Shown in pieces: positions 25,001-38,242 of a DNA stretch of 64,000 nucleotides. The notes below the pieces were generated by a model, which did not search any database, was not told the DNA's origin, and was given only the letters and a program-made list of their open reading frames with translations. The position numbers and the translations under genes are program-made. Within the stretch, counting starts at the first letter, position 1, and every line of letters begins with the position of its first letter. This DNA comes from Raillietiella orientalis (lineage: Eukaryota), in NCBI GenBank assembly GCA_036172245.1, contig JAYWIR010000033.1, positions 1,550,001-1,614,000 of the forward strand, given 5' to 3'.

Positions 25001-28000
25001 AAGTTTCAAACAGTAAATGCATACAGGAAAAAAAATCTGGAATCCCAGAGCTACTGTCTGCAATAGATTGGCTTTCAAGCAACTCAAAACAAGATCTTCG
25101 AGGTCAGCCAAGGAGGCATGGCATTCTTGATGCATTCTCTCCATTGCCAAATGGCTGGCAAACAAAAAACAAAGGCAGTTTATATGAGCAGCATCCTATC
25201 ATGTTTTCACAATAAGTAAATTACTGTTTTCTTACTGCATATGCATACTTTGAAAAATGCAGCCAAAAAAACAAGCAAAGGAGAATGAAGTGACACACTG
25301 TTGTCCAATAAAGCTTGGCCAGGAGTGTTGCTGCTTTGACACTTTAGAATGACATGGAATAAATCAGCATCATCCTTTGTATTTTGAGGATCCATCATGA
25401 AGTTTGCCATGTCCTCTGAGCTGCTACTCATTGATGGAGTCAACTTCTTATGCTTCCTTCTGTCGGAAGTTGTTACCAAGCATAATGCTTGGAGTAAGTG
25501 TTCTCTTTTGGCTGCATCCCGCACTTCCTCAATTACATTTTCCACCTTGAATGTGAATCAAGAAAGCACGTATCACAGACATATCTTACCACAGCTAAAG
25601 GATATTTGGCTAGCTGAGCTAAAAGTATAACTAAAAGCCAACACCCTTTCTTGGCAATCCATTTTAAAAGATTCACAGGTAATGCAACATTTTGAATTTT
25701 GGCAAAAGTGACCAATGCACCCCAATGCAGAAAGAAGCCCTCTTGCAAATCAGATAAATTCAAGGACTGCAATAACCACTGTTCTGCCTGATTTAAGAGA
25801 TCAGGGACACTACAGTCACTTCCTGCTCTGGGTAAGATAATATTGATACCAGAGTCGCCTACTTTCTTTTCTTAGCATGTGCATAAGAGCAAGAGAGCTC
25901 CGCAACAAATCAGGTTCTTCTCTAAGCATTTCCAGAAAAATAAGGGAAGATTGACATAACCCTTTGTCCAGTGGCTGCATCCAACAAAGATGCTCTACAA
26001 ATGTGATTATTTGCTGAGTTCTAATACAGAAAGACTACATAATGAACTCAATAAGAAATTACAATGTAGTTACTGTTTTTGTGATAATCCATGAGGGTGC
26101 TGGGTGCATAAAGCTGCATAAGCAAAGAAAGGTCGGCGCTGTTGAAGATAAAATTGTGTCATATCCACTGCCAGTGAGCATTTGGCTTGCCAAGTAGGAG
26201 AAGTAAAACTAGGGAACGTATCAAATTTGCCAGAAGACTTCTTTCTGTTTAAATGGAAGCAGTTATTAAAATATCCTTAGAATGCACCAACCTATGTGAA
26301 CTTTGCCAGCCAAAAAGCTGTTGAATCTCAAATGGGAGTCCTAATGCAAGAAATTCATAGAGCAATTCGGAACATCGCAGTTTACTTTGATGTTGTAAAT
26401 GGAGAAGTTGACTCAGAGGTGGCAAGAGACTTGAAGAGTTTAGAAAACTCTGGAGATCTTCTTTCGCCATCTTTTCGGATGGCACAAAAGTGTACGATTT
26501 TTCAAAAAAGCCCAATTCCATAAGTCCTTCTAATAAACACGTGAGCAAGCTACGCTTGCCACACATGAAAGAGCATAATTGCGATGCTTTTAAAAGAATT
26601 TCGTTTTCCTTAGGAGCACTCAACACTTCCAAACAACCAAAGATGAACTGCAGCCAGGCTGCACGAATGTCATTACTATATACCCATTCTTTCAGTGATT
26701 CCAATTCTTGTTTGCAATTTATTTTTTGTAAATACTTGTACAGGCGACCCTTAAATTTGTTCTTTACACAGTAAATCACAAATCTTTGATGAAATTCCAT
26801 CTTGGACAAGCTAGCTCCTTGATTACATAAGCACTCAAGACTGTTTTCAAAGGCACCGATTTGATCCAAACGCGAAAGAAGCATCTCGGTAGAAGATAAC
26901 TCCAAAGAAGAAAAAACACCATGCCTAAATAGAAAAATAAGAATTGGTTTCATTATGAGTAACAAACGATAATGATGCTTACTTGGCAAGATGCAGTAAC
27001 AGTTCATCAGCAATTCCACTATCAGACACTGTCAATACATCTATCATGTCTGACGATATTTTCCAACTGAATGGGAATTTTGCATTTCTGGTTAACCCTT
27101 CATATTGCACCTTGATCCAAAAATGAAGTTTTTCCTTTTCTAATGAATTGAGTAAAAACAACCAAGCTGCTTTTGCAGGCACAAGTTCTGCCAAGTTACT
27201 ATCTAGAAGACTTTTACCCTCAAGAATACCAGTAGCCTTCTTACCAGCTATGTTGAGCAGTTCTTGCAGTAGCAACATATGGAGTTCATCAGTTTCATAA
27301 TTCATTAATTCTTTTACAGAAAGCAATCTTAATGAAACTGATACATCATGCTGGTGCAACATAGATAAAGATTTCCAGATTTGCAGTTCTACATCACTTA
27401 TTAAACTAGATGACTTCAGAAGAGAAAAGTATTGGCTAGCTAACTGAAAATCAGTTTCATTCATCCAGATTTGGTGTAATGTTGCATCCAAATCCAGATC
27501 CTATGCAATTAATTACATTAATTGAGCACTGAATCGATAAATACCAAGCTTACCAAATTCATGCAAACTGTTTTCAGCACATCCAAATTAGCTCTAGAAG
27601 CTAGCTGCTTAATCCACTGGGACGCAAATACCATTATATCCACATCATTTTCCTTAGAACTAGTAAACTTTTTATTGTACGCATAAAGTAAAGGAAGACA
27701 ACGTGATAAGATCGCATCCTTGATTCTTTCTTCAGGCTCCTTATCCTTCCAGCGATACCACACAGTTTCCATGTTTGGAGTGAAAAAGAAGCCATCTTCA
27801 TGTTCAATAAATTCACATGACTCTTGTGCAGGTGTTACTGTTTGCTGTGACGTATATAGTCTAAGTGTATGCAAATATTTCGTTGTTTTGTTCGTCCACT
27901 GAACCAGCAATGAACATGCATCTTCAGATAAACACTTTTCTTCTTTAGAATTTTCTAGGGCTTTTAGTATGTTAATGAGAAACTTGTGACCACGCGTCAC

Positions 28001-31000
28001 CAACTGATCAAGGAATGTGGCCTGGAATTTGCTGCCTAACAAGCCATCCAAACCATGACAAAAAATGCACATGATATCATCCAAGCATTTGAAAAAAGTG
28101 GAAAATGCTGAGTTGTGTACCTCACAAGATGCTATTAACTGCTCAAACTCTGCAAACATATCAGTTATGTGTGAGTCCATGAATATACCAACTATTGAAT
28201 TTAGATGAAAGGAAAAATCCTATTGTATCCAAGTGTTTCATCTGAATTGCTGTTTCCAAAATGGATACAGGTACATTAGAGAAAAGCACATTTTCATTGT
28301 AAAGCAAAGATCTTAAAGCTAGAATCCCCAAACAATTCATCTGAAATTACTTAGAATAAAGTACAGGCACCTAGCTCTACCTTGTAAACTGTATCTTTGT
28401 TCTCCAAATCCCACTGTACTAATGCTCCAAATAAATTTTTATTGACAATCAAGTTAGGCAAGGAATCATCTGTACTGGTAACTAACACACTGCCTTTAGG
28501 TAAGTCCAAGACGTGCAATATTTCTCCCGAATCCATATCCAATACAATATAATATGAACATTCTTTGGATGAGGTCCAGAAATACACATGGCAGAGGTCA
28601 ATACTAACTGCATGAATCTGGTGGGGGTGCAACATCTCAGGTATTAAAATACAAGAAACTGAAAAGCTTGATCCACTGCTGAGCTCATCAATGTGGGAAA
28701 ATTCTGGAAATCAGAGAACTAATTAAAACTGAAATCCTGTCAATAAAAAAAGATAATTATGCATGCATTGTTTAGAAACATGTGAAATACTAAGAAATAA
28801 TGGCAAAAAAATATGCACTGAATTTTTTGGCAAATAATAAATCAATATAAATATAAATAGGTATTAACAGACTAGATAACCAACTGGAAATACAAGTTTT
28901 AAACCAAACCAATAAAATTTAGCAATGAAGCCATTTAAAGGATGTGTTATGCTTTTAGCACTTATGATTAAAATGCAGGAAATCACACTCACTACTACTC
29001 ACAACAACTGTTCCTGTACCTTAATAAAGATTTACTGAACACTCATATTACTGCATCAGCCATTACAAAACAGTGTGTTCTTCTCAAGGAAAAAAAATTA
29101 AAAATTGCAAGTTCAAAATTAAAATGGAATTAAATACATGTACCATCAAAGACATTTTTTTTTTTGCTACAAAACACTGCAGTGTTTTGTAACTGATGAG
29201 TAGAAAAAGCATCTTTTAACAGTGAACAGAGAATTGCTGCTTCAGAAACAATAAATAAAGAAAAGCAAATAATGAACCCCAATAAATGTATCAAGATTTA
29301 AATTCATACCACTCTCACTGCAAATTCTGGCTATATGTTTTTTTCTTAAACATTCCAAGTACTGTTCCCAATCATCATCTTGTACATTTGGTTCATTTTC
29401 TGTGGTGAGTGTTGGTTTGAAATGATATGCAGATTTTATTTCACTAGGAAAACTGACAATTAATGAAAACTGTTAAAAATGTCCATCTTAACAAAACAGT
29501 TTGATTAGTAATCTGATGTATTCTATTTTCTTTCAAAACGATAATTGTAAGATTTCGAAAATTTTAGCAAATCTACAAATTTGTAAAGTTTCTTAATATC
29601 GGTAGTATAATAAATGTTTACATATATAATATAAAGCAGAAGTCTGCAATTACCATTCCACTAATTTTTCTTTTGAAGAGTAAAAGTCCTTTTTCCATCT
29701 GCATTTTAGTATCCAAAATTTGAAAGGAAAATCCAACAATCCGACCAACAACCAATCTTTTTGGAAACAGCAAATCAACTTGGATACTCTATCAAGATGC
29801 AGATCATTCAAGGAAACTCGATTAACTTCAATACCACAGGGTAAGGAATACAATACTAAGCAATATAAGGAACATCCACAATCAAAAAAATGAAAAATTA
29901 TTCATACAATTAATTAAGGATTAATCCTAATTGAGTTTACACAGTGATACAGAATAAAATGCCAGAAATTGAGATTCAAAGTGGTAATCATACAGACAAT
30001 TTCATTTCAAAATAATCTGACATCCACACTGGCATAAATTTGCAGGGACAAAACTATGCCACTGCAGAACAAGTTGGAAAAGTCCACAAAAACAAACTTA
30101 GATCAGCATTATCTTAGAGTTTTTATTGCATAATTTGACCATAAATTGTGAAAGATAGATTTGCAAAAATCTTTAAACTAATTCCTTTCACATTCAATAC
30201 ACCTTAATGCAGAAACACAATTCTACAAAACTTTAACGCATCTGCTAGAACATTAATTGAATAGAAGGAGGAAAAGCTTGTATTATGTAAACAAATCTGT
30301 AATCTTCATGAGCATATTAACAACGTAGCAAAATAAAAAAACACTGAAAAATAAATCAACGAATGTAATGATCAATTACATTGATCATTATTACATTATT
30401 TTCTGTAGTTTTCGGAGCTTTCAAATGTATTAACTGCAGAGTACATTAAATAACCAAAAATACATGTAGCAGCAGTAAAGGTTTTTTTTTAAATCATTAA
30501 ACAGTATGAAATATAAAGTAAAATGGAAAACACATAAGCCACAAAAATAAAATGACTACACAACTGGGAAAATCATCACTATCTTTTAAATAAGCCAGGA
30601 AATGAGGAAAATGACTGAAAATTAGGAGGATGACTAGAAACACCAGCTTATCTCTTGCAGTTTTAACAGAAACTTGAAACTGAGCTACAAAAGGAGCGAA
30701 CCTTAAATTTCAAACTTTCAGTGTTCAACACATATACAATGCTATGAAAATATATGGAAAGGGAGTGAAGTTCCTGTAGAGAGAGAAAAAAAAAAAAGCA
30801 TCCTTTGCTGTATCTCCCAACATAGTTTGCATCCTTATAATGAGCATTGAATGAAAACGAAAAACATAGCTTTCCATCATGCATTTCAAATCTTGCACAC
30901 TGCTAAAATCTTATGCAATGTTTTTGTTTGTACATGACCCTGTCTTTGAGTTTCCATCTTTAAAGTTCTGATATGGCACTTTTTATCAGCCCAGATGACT

Positions 31001-31847
31001 TGGTTACTATTCTTACCAAGTTTTGAGGATGAGGAATCATAATGAATGCAAGTTAAACATTTATAAAGAACATATGAAAAGGATACTAAGTAACTTATAT
31101 TTCTGTGACAGTGTGCACAACAAGTCGCCACAAACAGCAAAGCACCCGTAGTCAGATATTTGTGTTTTATATAAAAGCTGTGGTTTATTTGTCAGCAGCC
31201 ACCCAATTTTCACCAACTGCGTTTTGCAAACCAAAACAACAAGGGAATGTGTTGATGCATCAACCATCTGCACAGGGTGGAGGCAACTTAATGCTGAAAA
31301 TTTAACAAATGATAGAAACACTACTAATTAAAAGAATGGCTTCTTCCAAACTATAATTCATTAATTTAAAGTGCTAATGTGCAGAGAATATTAAAATTGC
31401 AATCATGTCTTGAAAATATAAAATAAAAACTCACTCTTTTTGCATGGGCAATAATCCATGATGGATTCATATGATAATCGTGCCACTTCTTTATGTTTGT
31501 TTTCCCCAGTGATGGAAAAACAAACAATCTCTTTCTCAATAGTGGCTGCAACAAATATAGGACTTTCTCCTGCTTTATATAATACTCTTGAGAAAACAAA
31601 AAAAATTAGATTGCGCAAGAAAGTACCACCTCACTCACTGTTTCCAAAAATTCCTTTCAGACTGTAAGAAGTTGATGGCCTCCGAACACACGGACTCGTT
31701 CTTAATCTGTTCATCAAGGAATTCTGGATGCTCTAGTGCGGCTTGCAAAAAATCATTGATATAAAATTTGGGCAAACGTAGATTTTCCGCCAGCCAAACC
31801 AAATGGAATTTACTGTTTGCTTTTGAAGCAATCCCCTCAGTCTCCAT
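22065..31847 (-). CDS. SPG11: Spatacsin (multi-exon gene; span from putative ATG 31847 to stop 22065)
   Basis: Diagnostic spatacsin C-terminal motifs CIVCHSCFTSACDMEGI and LMVRLLIGIGRYAEMGYVFAIL....FEFLL (exon ~22663-23670), FYLQQRRPFFAY (~26115-26160), W.ALVTFAK...L...LLKWIAK..WLL..L.AQ...YP (25533-25772). Co-oriented ORF blocks separated by GT-AG introns (e.g. 22258-22315, 22615-22662). N-terminal exons (28.3-31.8 kb) are assigned by contiguity and are less certain. Confidence 0.9.
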
Positions 31848-33589
31848 GGAGCTACAACTTTCTCCGTCTTCCTACTTGAACTGCTATGACCACTACATAG
31901 TCATGAATCATTTCTGGCGTAACGTGATAATTCGAACTTCGGTGACTAAAACTGTTCGACAACGAAAACCTTGGCTGATTAAACACATTGCAATCTATAC
32001 AATAATTATGGCACTCTGTACATGCAACTGCACTTGCATTATCAGGGCAGAAACTTCAACCCAGGTTAGTTTACGCAGTTTCACAGTTTGTCACAATCCG
32101 GAAGGGAAAGTCAAAACACGGGTGGCCTGTGTTTACCCGTGGCGTGTGATCTCGAAAAAAATTGGTGGCCGTACTGAGCAGCTTCGGCACAAAAACATGG
32201 TACACCACCACCACAGTACACACACACTTGGGAGTTCGAACGCACCAACCAGCACTCGCGTCTGGTCCAACGCCCGCCGGAGGTTGACAGGGCAGCCAGA
32301 GAGAAACGACGGACTTGCTGTCACTCCTTGTATAGCCACGGAATTTTCCTGATGTGATCATCTGCCTTGTCCACAAGCGTGCCTGCCGGGTTGACGACCT
32401 TGGATCCGATTTCAGCATGCACACGTTAAACCTGGGAACAACACAAGGATGGAAGGGATGACTGATCCCATTTGCATTTTCCAATGTTTCCTCCTCACTG
32501 CTGTGTCCTTTCGAAATGTCTTGCATCTCAGAAGCGGTGCCTTTCGTTTTCGTGTAGATGACCACAAATGAATGAATGCTCTATGCTGAAATTTGCAAAT
32601 GTGCAGGCAGAAAACACGATTTTTCCACGCTGAAGCATTAGCGAGAGCTGTTCCAAAAAATTTGCAAAGCTAAAAGAATCAAATTTGTATGGTTCGCAAA
32701 CGCAATTTTCTAATGCAGATCGTTGACTTTTTGAAAAGTTTTCACTAAAGCGTCCTAAAAAACCAGCGTGTTTTATTTCTTCGAGAAGCCACCATTCCGA
32801 TGGGCTGTTTCTGACACTCTTCTTGTGCTGTTTATAAAGCTGAAGCTGAAACACTTCAGGCTTACTGGACGGGGGGGGGGGATCTTTTTTTTCTTCTTCT
32901 AGATTTAAAGCTCTTGCATATCACTAAAACATTTTGAAATGTAAGAGCCAGAATTATTTTTCCATCCTTTTCGTGAATTCCTCTTGTCTCTGTGGATCTC
33001 TTTGCGCGTATTCCGCTTCAAAGACTTTTCCCTCAGAAATCTTTTTCTGAAGAGAGACTAAACTCCTTTTGAAGTATTTGAACTTCATGAACAACGTCGA
33101 CGGAAAAACATGCATACACAGGATGAATGTGCTCCATGGAAGTCACAAATCTTCTTCCGAAGCCATAAAATAATATTATTTTTCGTCGAGGATCTGGAAA
33201 ATCCGGCAAGAACTAAGCAAAGTTTTGTGGTATACAAAATGGGGAAAGGAAACGAAAGATAAAATTGCTATGCATGCAGCAAGTAAGAAGATGAATAAGA
33301 AGTTCCACGTTCTACGTACGTTCACAAACTATTCCTAAATAATTACTACGAGAACCACAATGGTTTTACATAGACAATCATAACGCAACTCACCACCGAA
33401 GTATACATGTGCGTGTATTTATACATATACATATAGATGCTTGTGTAATGACACGTGTTCCGAGTTGTTGGGTTCAATCACTGTTTTTATTCTCCATGAG
33501 AAAGGTTGTACTTTTACAACAGGCTTGATCACTGTTTCGACAATGCATCTGTAAAGAGCAATCCAGGAAGGGCTCGGAGTCCGTTTCCT

Positions 33590-34260
33590 CTCATGCTTGG
33601 GGAGGGATCCCCCCTGGATGGGGGGGGGATCGCACCTCTCACCCTGGTTGTCTCCGAAGGGAATCTCCTTCCTCATTCTCTCCGGAGGGACACCCCCTAA
33701 TGAGAGGTGGTCCTCTCCATTATCAACTTCTTCGAAGGGAACCCGGAAAGGATCCGCTAGTAGGAATTTCTTCTCCGGAGGGAACCTGCAAGGGAACCGC
33801 TCCTGTTCACTCCTCTGAAGAGAACCCCGAAGGGACGCTTCCGAAACTCAGAAGGGGCGCTGCAGCTTCCCGCAGGGAATCGCTCTCGCTTGCTTCCTTG
33901 TGCACTCTTCTGAAGAGGCGGCGACTCGGAGGGTCCCCCTCGCAACAGAGGGGGGTTCGCACCTTTGAACAACTGGAGAGGTGCCTGTGAAGGCTTCTGC
34001 TCCATCTTGAAACCGGAAGGGTCCTCCCGGTGTGGAGGGTCCGCTCTCCGTTGTACGACCGGGGAGGGAACTCATCACTCCTGGATTCCTGGAAGGACTC
34101 GAAGGTCGACTCCCATTGTTCCGGCCTTCATCGGGGGCCTCCGGCTTAAACACCACCAGTGCCACTTCCGAACGTCTCGGCCAACCAGGGCCATTTCAAG
34201 AGAAACTCGGAACCCGACGACGCAGTGGCGTCAGAGTTTCTGCCGGAGTATTCGACTCAT
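33590..34260 (-). mobile_element. SINE-like dispersed repeat, copy D
   Basis: TCTGAAGAGAACCCCGAAGGGACGCTTCC, GGTCGACTCCCA..CCGGCC, CACCAGTGCC..CCGAA..GGCCAACCAG blocks shared with the other copies. Confidence 0.65.
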
Positions 34261-35986
34261 GGGGCCACGCGCGGAAGCCTTAACCACAAGGCCTGCGACG
34301 CGGGCAGCAAACCCGATAAAGCAGTTGATGACTCGTCTTGTAGCCTTTAATCTGAGGTACGAGACTTTTCGATGGCACCTGAAGACTCCAGCTTGAGTAA
34401 TAATATCACCCTTCAGCACATGGGAACGTTTGTTTACGTTGTTTCTTATAACAAGGTGACCAAGTCATGCCTCTTGTTTGTAATATGCTCTACGGTTTAC
34501 TGTGTTCCGTTTCCCCTAAAATTACATCTGGTTCCTATCTCTCTCTCTAAATCAGTGCTCTACTTTTGAAGATGCTTATCGCGTTTCAGATGAGATCCAG
34601 AAAGTGAAAGTTCATGGAGATTCGAGGATAGAAATCACTTGTCATGTTCTTCATTGGCACATCCGTATTTGTTCTTTCTAACCATATGTTAGTTTTAAAA
34701 ACAAAAAGGGAAGCGGACAACTCATACCCTGAATCTTCGCTGAACGAAAGTGTTCCCCTTCGTCCTATGCACTCTTTCTTTTGAGTAATTTGTTAGGATG
34801 ATCTGTCTCCTTTTCCTGGTTTGCCGTGCTTTCATTAAGTGAATTTATGCAGATGGTAGAGAACGTGTAACACATTATCTTCAGAGTTTTTTCATGGCGT
34901 TGCATTGCATCAGCTCATGACTGAAATTTAGGAGGAATTTGGGATGATTTAGTTACAAGCAATCCTTCATTTTATTGGGATTCGCCTGCAAACTTCTAGC
35001 TGATGAAATTTATTAACAGACACATTATTAATATTATTAATAATATGTGTTATCAATACGTTTATTAAGGATTATAAAAAATATATGTGTGTCTATTATG
35101 TGTTAAAATGATATCAACGTTAATAATATGTATGCTGATATGTATTAATCAATGTGTATGTTCAAACAGATTTGCATATTCATTTATGTATAAAAATATG
35201 TTTTAATTGGCATGACAAGCAAATGTATTTATTTTTTATCATCTTTCGGATTTTGAGCCAAACCCGCGCTTGCGTACTTTCATCTGCATGGCTGCAGGTC
35301 TAAAGGCCTTCAGGCGCCTCTGAAGATGGTTTCCGCTCCCATCCGAAAATGAAGCACCTTAAGAAGAGATGCAACAAAATCTGCCTTCCATCTCAAGAGA
35401 AGGTGCGTTTTCCCTCTGGCGCAGATAGTGACCACAGCCGCGTTGCATTTTCTGTGGTTGTGAGACTGAAGTGCAACTCCTACAGCTTTTCCACCATTTC
35501 TAGAGTTCATGGTCGCGAACGAATAGGAGTAACGAATGGTAAGTCTGGCTATGGACTGCACGAGGAACTTGTTTCCCCTTTTATCCTACAGGGATCTTCC
35601 ATGTCTACTGATCTCCCGTTGCTTATGTAAAAAGTTAAAATCGAATCCTACACGCCGAACAGATAACCTATGACGTAGTGATTTTTTCAGTCCAGTCAAC
35701 CATTTCCACCCCTACATTATTCCGTTTTTACTTTATGTTGTATACCGACATATTAATATTAGAAAATACGAACTGTGTTGTTTGATTTTGAAAGCTCTGA
35801 GCAAAATTATTTTCGAGATTCCAGTTTTTTCTTGCTATATTGTAAAGTATTTCTGCTATCCTATACATTTAGCATACGCATCAACTGAAACACCTCCCTC
35901 TAAAATAGACTGTAAACGTCTTAATTACAATAGTGGAGGGAAGGAATAGAAGCTGCAGGGGGGGGGGGGGGGCTCCTGTAGTTGCC

Positions 35987-36086
35987 GGGTACCCCCACAG
36001 GACGCCGGGAAGACGAAACCCACTTCTGTTCCTCCATAGGTGCCCTGCTCGAGGCTTTCGGGTCGAGGAACCCGTAGGGAAGATGG
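35987..36086 (+). ncRNA. Candidate decayed HDV-like self-cleaving ribozyme at LINE 5' end
   Basis: Nested-pseudoknot order by eye: P1 GGGTACC 35987-93 / GGTGCCC 36039-45; P2 CCACTTC 36020-26 / GAAG(A)TGG 36079-86; P3 TGT/ATA around L3 TCCTCC; P4 hairpin possible in 36048-74. J4/2 with the catalytic C is not clearly intact. Confidence 0.4.
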
Positions 36087-37893
36087 ATCCGGCAGCGAAG
36101 ACCTTTAAACTCGGAACCACGAGACTCGCGGATGTAAGCGGCGTGGGTGTGGCGTTACATAAGCTTTGCACACGGGCAATATCGTAACCGAGGAAGGCGA
36201 CTGAGGCGCGATTATCACTAGTTGAAAACTTTACCCAATGCCCACTGCCCAAAAATGCCCACTTTACCCAATGCCCCGCCAAGGCGGCGTGAAATACCGC
36301 TGCCGAGGCAATTTTTGTGTGCCCCGAGTGGGCAAGAACCCAGTGCAAAAACAGTGAGCAGTGACAGTGACTCCATCAGCCCCCCAGCCAAGGACAAGTA
36401 GCGGCACCACGGTGGAGGACTTGCATTCCACCGCAGCAGCAGAAGTTCACTCGTCCGCCGGAAGGATGTGGGAGGAGAAGGAGGCGAGGCCGGCGTCACC
36501 TCGGAAAATGGAGGTAGCGTCCGTTTCCAATGAGCATCCCCGAGTTTCCTACGCGACGTCGCTGGCATCGCAACCCAACCACCAAGTAAATTCGGAAAGA
36601 CGGAGGTCGGCATAGTTAGAAATGTCGACGAACCAATGGTTCCAATGAGTCCAGATGTGAAGCCAGTTACCTTCAAAACTGGGCTTATACGAATAAATAA
36701 CATAAAAGAGGTATACTTGGCCCTGTTCAAGGAGAATGTGGATTTTGACAACATACAGGCCATTATAGCGAGTACGACGGGGTTCCCTATCTGTACAGAT
36801 AGTGAACCACTGATTGAGCGCCTCATCGAGAAGAGCATTACATCCAGGGGCGGGTGGTCCGCGGAAAGGCGAAATGCCGTATACCACGGTATTCCTCTCC
36901 GACGTCTGCGTGACAACCACCCAGCAGGCGGTGAGGCACTTGCTTGCCAAACATGGAGAAGTTCTCAGTGTACAATTTCGAGGCTACAGTGGGAAAGTCT
37001 TCGGCTACGTAATCTCCAAAATGAAATTGTTTGAAGACGCGAAGATTCCGGGACTGGCCCACATCGATGGGGACTCCCAGGAAGTCTTCGTACGATGTCG
37101 CCAACAGCCAGTATTTTGCACTGGCTACAAACATTTCGGCCACAAGGTCAGCGCAGCCACAATCTCAGTGTTTCCTCTGTGGGAAGCAGGGACACCAGAT
37201 AAGAACGTGCGACCAGCCCGAGGTGTGTGCCTTCTGTAAGGCAACCGGTCACGAGAGGTGGAACTGCCAGGAGTACGCGAAGTGGCGTACAATGCGCGGG
37301 CTCTCCTCCGTGCGGGAAAGAACCCAGAAGGAGGCGGAACAGGCTCAAAAGGTCACCGAAAAGGTGGAAAAAGTTAGGGAGGCTGCACCCGTTTCGGAGG
37401 ACGGCTTCCAAGAAGAAGGAAAAAAGGTAAGAGGAGGATGCCCGCTCAGGAACAGCAGACCTCCGAAAAACCGGTGGAAACCGTTGAGGTTGGAAGAATG
37501 GAGGTATCCAAACCCGCCTCGGAAACGCAAACCCTACAAATTACCGAGGGTATGGCCCAGCTAAATGAGGAGGTCCGCCCTGGAACTATCTGAGAGGAGC
37601 AGGAAAAACTGCAAGACATCTGCGCTGTCCATGAAGACATTAACATAGTTACGAAGGAAGCCTGGAGGGAGAAGCTAGAAAACAAGCTTCTCGCAGTAAG
37701 TCGAACGAACTTCTGTGCGATGGTGAGCTTGAAAAAGTCCCCACGCAAAATCATCTCCAAGGAGGAGCAACCGTCGGAAGAGGTCGAATTTACCAACCGT
37801 ACCGAAACGGAAAGCGACGCTGGAAGTGAAAAACCTGCCCGGAGGCTGCAGCGTTCTCCCAAGCAGAAGAAAAGCAGGAAAGCAAAGAAATAA
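36083..37893 (+). pseudogene. Tx1/L1-type LINE ORF1 (RRM-like region + three CCHC zinc knuckles), disrupted
   Basis: SYATSLA, TTVFLSDV....AVRHLLAKHGEVLSV, QPVFCTGYKHFGHK, CFLCGKQGHQIRTC, CAFCKATGHERWNC, then E/K-rich tail ending at TAA 37891-93; stops and frameshifts. Start codon is tentative. Confidence 0.8.
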
Positions 37894-37902
37894 GATTCTT
37901 CT

Positions 37903-38242
37903 ATGGCCTCGTTTTTTTCCACCGCCAGGAAGATTAATATAGCCTCCCGGAATGTGAATGCACTGACGGACCAGGGAAAAGAAAGGATAGTACGGACCAT
38001 TGCTCACCGTGACATCGTGTGCCTTCTGGAGATCCACAAGATGGACCACCAGATGGAACTCGAGCTGAAACGGCGTCTGAACGCCCAACTTCTCGTCAGC
38101 GTGGGACAGAGGGAGACCCAGGGTGTGGCCACACTCGTCAAGAACGATCTCGCCCACAACATCCTAGAGACCTTCTGCCCCATGCCTAGAAGAATCGTCG
38201 GGATCCGGATGTCCTGGTCCGCCAGTGTTCACCTGTTCTTGG
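37903..38242 (+). pseudogene. LINE ORF2 apurinic-like endonuclease N-terminus, truncated by an antisense insertion
   Basis: INIASRNVNAL, DIVCLLEIH, QGVATLV, RIVGI..HLFLV (APE motifs), starting 10 nt after the ORF1 stop. Confidence 0.85.

Noticed and set aside
30362..30397. AT-rich palindrome in an SPG11 intron (similar one at ~35019-35049)
   Set aside because: Short, low-complexity and single-copy; expected by chance or slippage in AT-rich DNA.
33814..33850. CTGAAGA...CGAAAC in the SINE body resembling a hammerhead ribozyme core
   Set aside because: GAAA is not conserved in the other copies and no stem I/III with an NUH site can be built.
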